Below, piece by piece: positions 62,360 to 64,000 of a stretch of 64,000 nt of DNA (within the stretch, counting starts at the first letter, position 1; each line of letters opens with the position of its first letter). The stretch covers positions 4,512-68,511 of the forward strand of contig JARGGI010000003.1 of the NCBI GenBank assembly GCA_029210775.1. Direction: 5' to 3'. The translations under genes were made by a program, and so were the position numbers. The stretch is from Patescibacteria group bacterium (lineage in GTDB: Bacteria > Patescibacteriota > Minisyncoccia > JAHIHE01 > JAGLIN01). A model generated the notes under the pieces. The model was not told the origin of the DNA and did no database searches. It saw only the letters and a program-made list of their open reading frames with translations.

Positions 62360-62815
62360 TTATACTACATAATTTTGCGTAATATTATTATCTTTTGTTT
62401 TCTTTTCTTCGTATAGATTTTGTTCTGAAAGCTCAATACTTATGTTGATTTTATGAGATCCCTGTGTTGGTATATATAAAGTAAAATAAGTTGTAAATTT
62501 AGATCCTGGAAAAATTTGATAACTCCCATCAAACTCCTGAACATAAACCACTTCACCGTCAACGTTCCAAATAACATCAAAAGGACCTTCATAGTCCACT
62601 TTTTCGTAATTAACAAACCTGACATTACAAGTCGGACTTTCAGGAATACCTAAAGTAGGCCAACAATATATAAATTCTGCAATTATATCAGGATAAGGTC
62701 CGTTAACCTTCCAACTTCCATCTTTAATGCTTTCCTTTTCGGCAGATACACTCTTTGCAGTTATTGCAAATAATATCACAATAACAAACAAAATTAATAT
62801 TTTTTTTGTTTTCAT
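62360..62815 (-). CDS. secreted protein, possible CARDB/Ig-like domain
   Basis: Signal peptide; YPDI...GSHKI...EEK..DNN pattern. Confidence 0.55.
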   Translation of the reverse strand: MKTKKILILFVIVILFAITAKSVSAEKESIKDGSWKVNGPYPDIIAEFIYCWPTLGIPESPTCNVRFVNYEKVDYEGPFDVIWNVDGEVVYVQEFDGSYQIFPGSKFTTYFTLYIPTQGSHKINISIELSEQNLYEEKKTKDNNITQNYVV

Positions 62816-62944
62816 ATTCCACCGCTCTGCAATTTTATTGCATTAGTAAAATAATTTTATACTAACAATTCGTATATGTCAATCAATAATTGCTTTTTAA
62901 TTCTCGTAGCTATATAATAAAATTATAAAATCTTATAAAAATAT

Positions 62945-63577
62945 ATGAATAATAGCAACAACAATTCTTCACCACTTGAAGAATATCAAGATTACTGGGA
63001 CATAATTGATAAAACCCTTAACGAAGGCACTAATTCTGGATATAAAATGGCAATCATTGAAACTGAAAAAATATTGCTTTTGTCATTAAATAAAAAGAAA
63101 ATTCCCGGAAAAAACATTGAAGAAAAAATAAAAAATGTTAGAAAACTAATAAAAAACCCTGACAAGCTAAATTATGCTCACACAATGTATGAAAAAATAA
63201 CGAAAGAACCTGGATTTAATATTTCTTCAGAAGACACGCGAGAAATTGTAGCTGGATATTACAAAACAATATCAGACATAGAAAACATTGATTTGCAAGA
63301 TTTACCAATTAAAGAAAAAATGAATTTTCTATTGCATGGCAATTTCGAAAAATATCAGAAAAACATAAAAAGATTGTTTATAATTATTTTTTTGTTTTTC
63401 CTATTGGTTTTTCTTTTATCAGAAACTACTACTGGAAATTTAATCTCAGAACAAATTACATCTTTTAGTCAGTATTTATTTTATAAAGTTTTCCTCACGT
63501 TTTTGAAAATTGGAATTGGAATAACTCTAATTTTTAGCGTTTGGCATATCTGGAAAAGAAGAAAAAGGAAACATTAA
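62945..63577 (+). CDS. hypothetical membrane protein
   Basis: 210 aa with two C-terminal TM helices; upstream of dnaE. Confidence 0.65.
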   Translation: MNNSNNNSSPLEEYQDYWDIIDKTLNEGTNSGYKMAIIETEKILLLSLNKKKIPGKNIEEKIKNVRKLIKNPDKLNYAHTMYEKITKEPGFNISSEDTREIVAGYYKTISDIENIDLQDLPIKEKMNFLLHGNFEKYQKNIKRLFIIIFLFFLLVFLLSETTTGNLISEQITSFSQYLFYKVFLTFLKIGIGITLIFSVWHIWKRRKRKH

Positions 63578-63595
63578 TCATTACCAAATATATAA

Positions 63596-64000
63596 ATGAA
63601 ATTTACTCATCTTCACACTCACAGTCATTACAGCTTATTAGACGGTCTTGCAAAAATTGATGATTTAATTGACCGAGCACTTGAGCTTGAAATGGATTCG
63701 CTTGCACTAACAGACCATGGTGTTATGTATGGAGCAATTGAATTTTATCAAAAAGCAAAGAAGAAAAACCTAAAACCGATTTTAGGCGTTGAGGCATATG
63801 TTGCAACAAATTCAAGACATAATAAAAATCCAGGTATTGATGACAGGCGTCATCATCTTATTCTTCTTGCAAAAAATGAGACAGGTTATAAAAACTTAAT
63901 CAAACTCACTACGAAAGCTCATCTTGAAGGTTTTTATTATAAACCACGCATTGACAAAGAACTGCTCAAAGAACACTACGAAGGAATAATTGCGACTTCA
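63596..64000 (+). CDS. dnaE: DNA polymerase III alpha subunit, N-terminal PHP domain (runs off window)
   Basis: Manual translation MKFTHLHTHSHYSLLDG...ALTDHGVMYG...HLILLAKNETGYKNL...GFYYKPRID. Confidence 0.96.
   Translation, partial: MKFTHLHTHSHYSLLDGLAKIDDLIDRALELEMDSLALTDHGVMYGAIEFYQKAKKKNLKPILGVEAYVATNSRHNKNPGIDDRRHHLILLAKNETGYKNLIKLTTKAHLEGFYYKPRIDKELLKEHYEGIIATS

Noticed and set aside
1-64000. CRISPR array or rRNA genes
   Set aside because: No regularly spaced direct repeats and no rRNA-like GC-rich segment seen.

Overview
AT-rich bacterial chromosome segment, probably Patescibacteria/CPR (Parcubacteria-like). This is inferred from gene content and order: comEC, nrdDG, ftsA-ftsZ, ybeY, hisS, dprA-topA, rpoD-dnaG, murG-murA, glmS, rnc-nusB-rpmF-rnhB, dnaE. 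Two accessory zones stand out. (1) At 19.8-24.4 kb, around a pheA/tyrA-CM/aminotransferase cluster, two parallel minus-strand units share one design: sigma70 promoter, amino-acid-rich leader peptide (Phe: MSYMQNNWYFFFSFFSRHVR; Cys: MKSFKSQICCCCSIL), antiterminator/terminator, an atypical tRNA-like gene for the same amino acid (GAA/A73; GCA/U73), then small unknown ORFs. The Cys unit is also followed by an MCCCC micro-ORF. I know of no described system in which ribosome-mediated attenuation controls cognate tRNA-like RNAs. (2) At about 39.6-50.4 kb, an island next to tRNA-Asn carries two radical-SAM clusters with unannotated Cys-containing precursor peptides, a divergent ProRS paralogue, IS30/IS256 remnants and three probable integrase-tail/att scars. 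Also seen: a C-terminally truncated NrdD, a (GA)8-frameshifted ORF, a candidate structured ncRNA beside dprA and a domain-permuted dikinase. All calls were made by eye, with no database searches.
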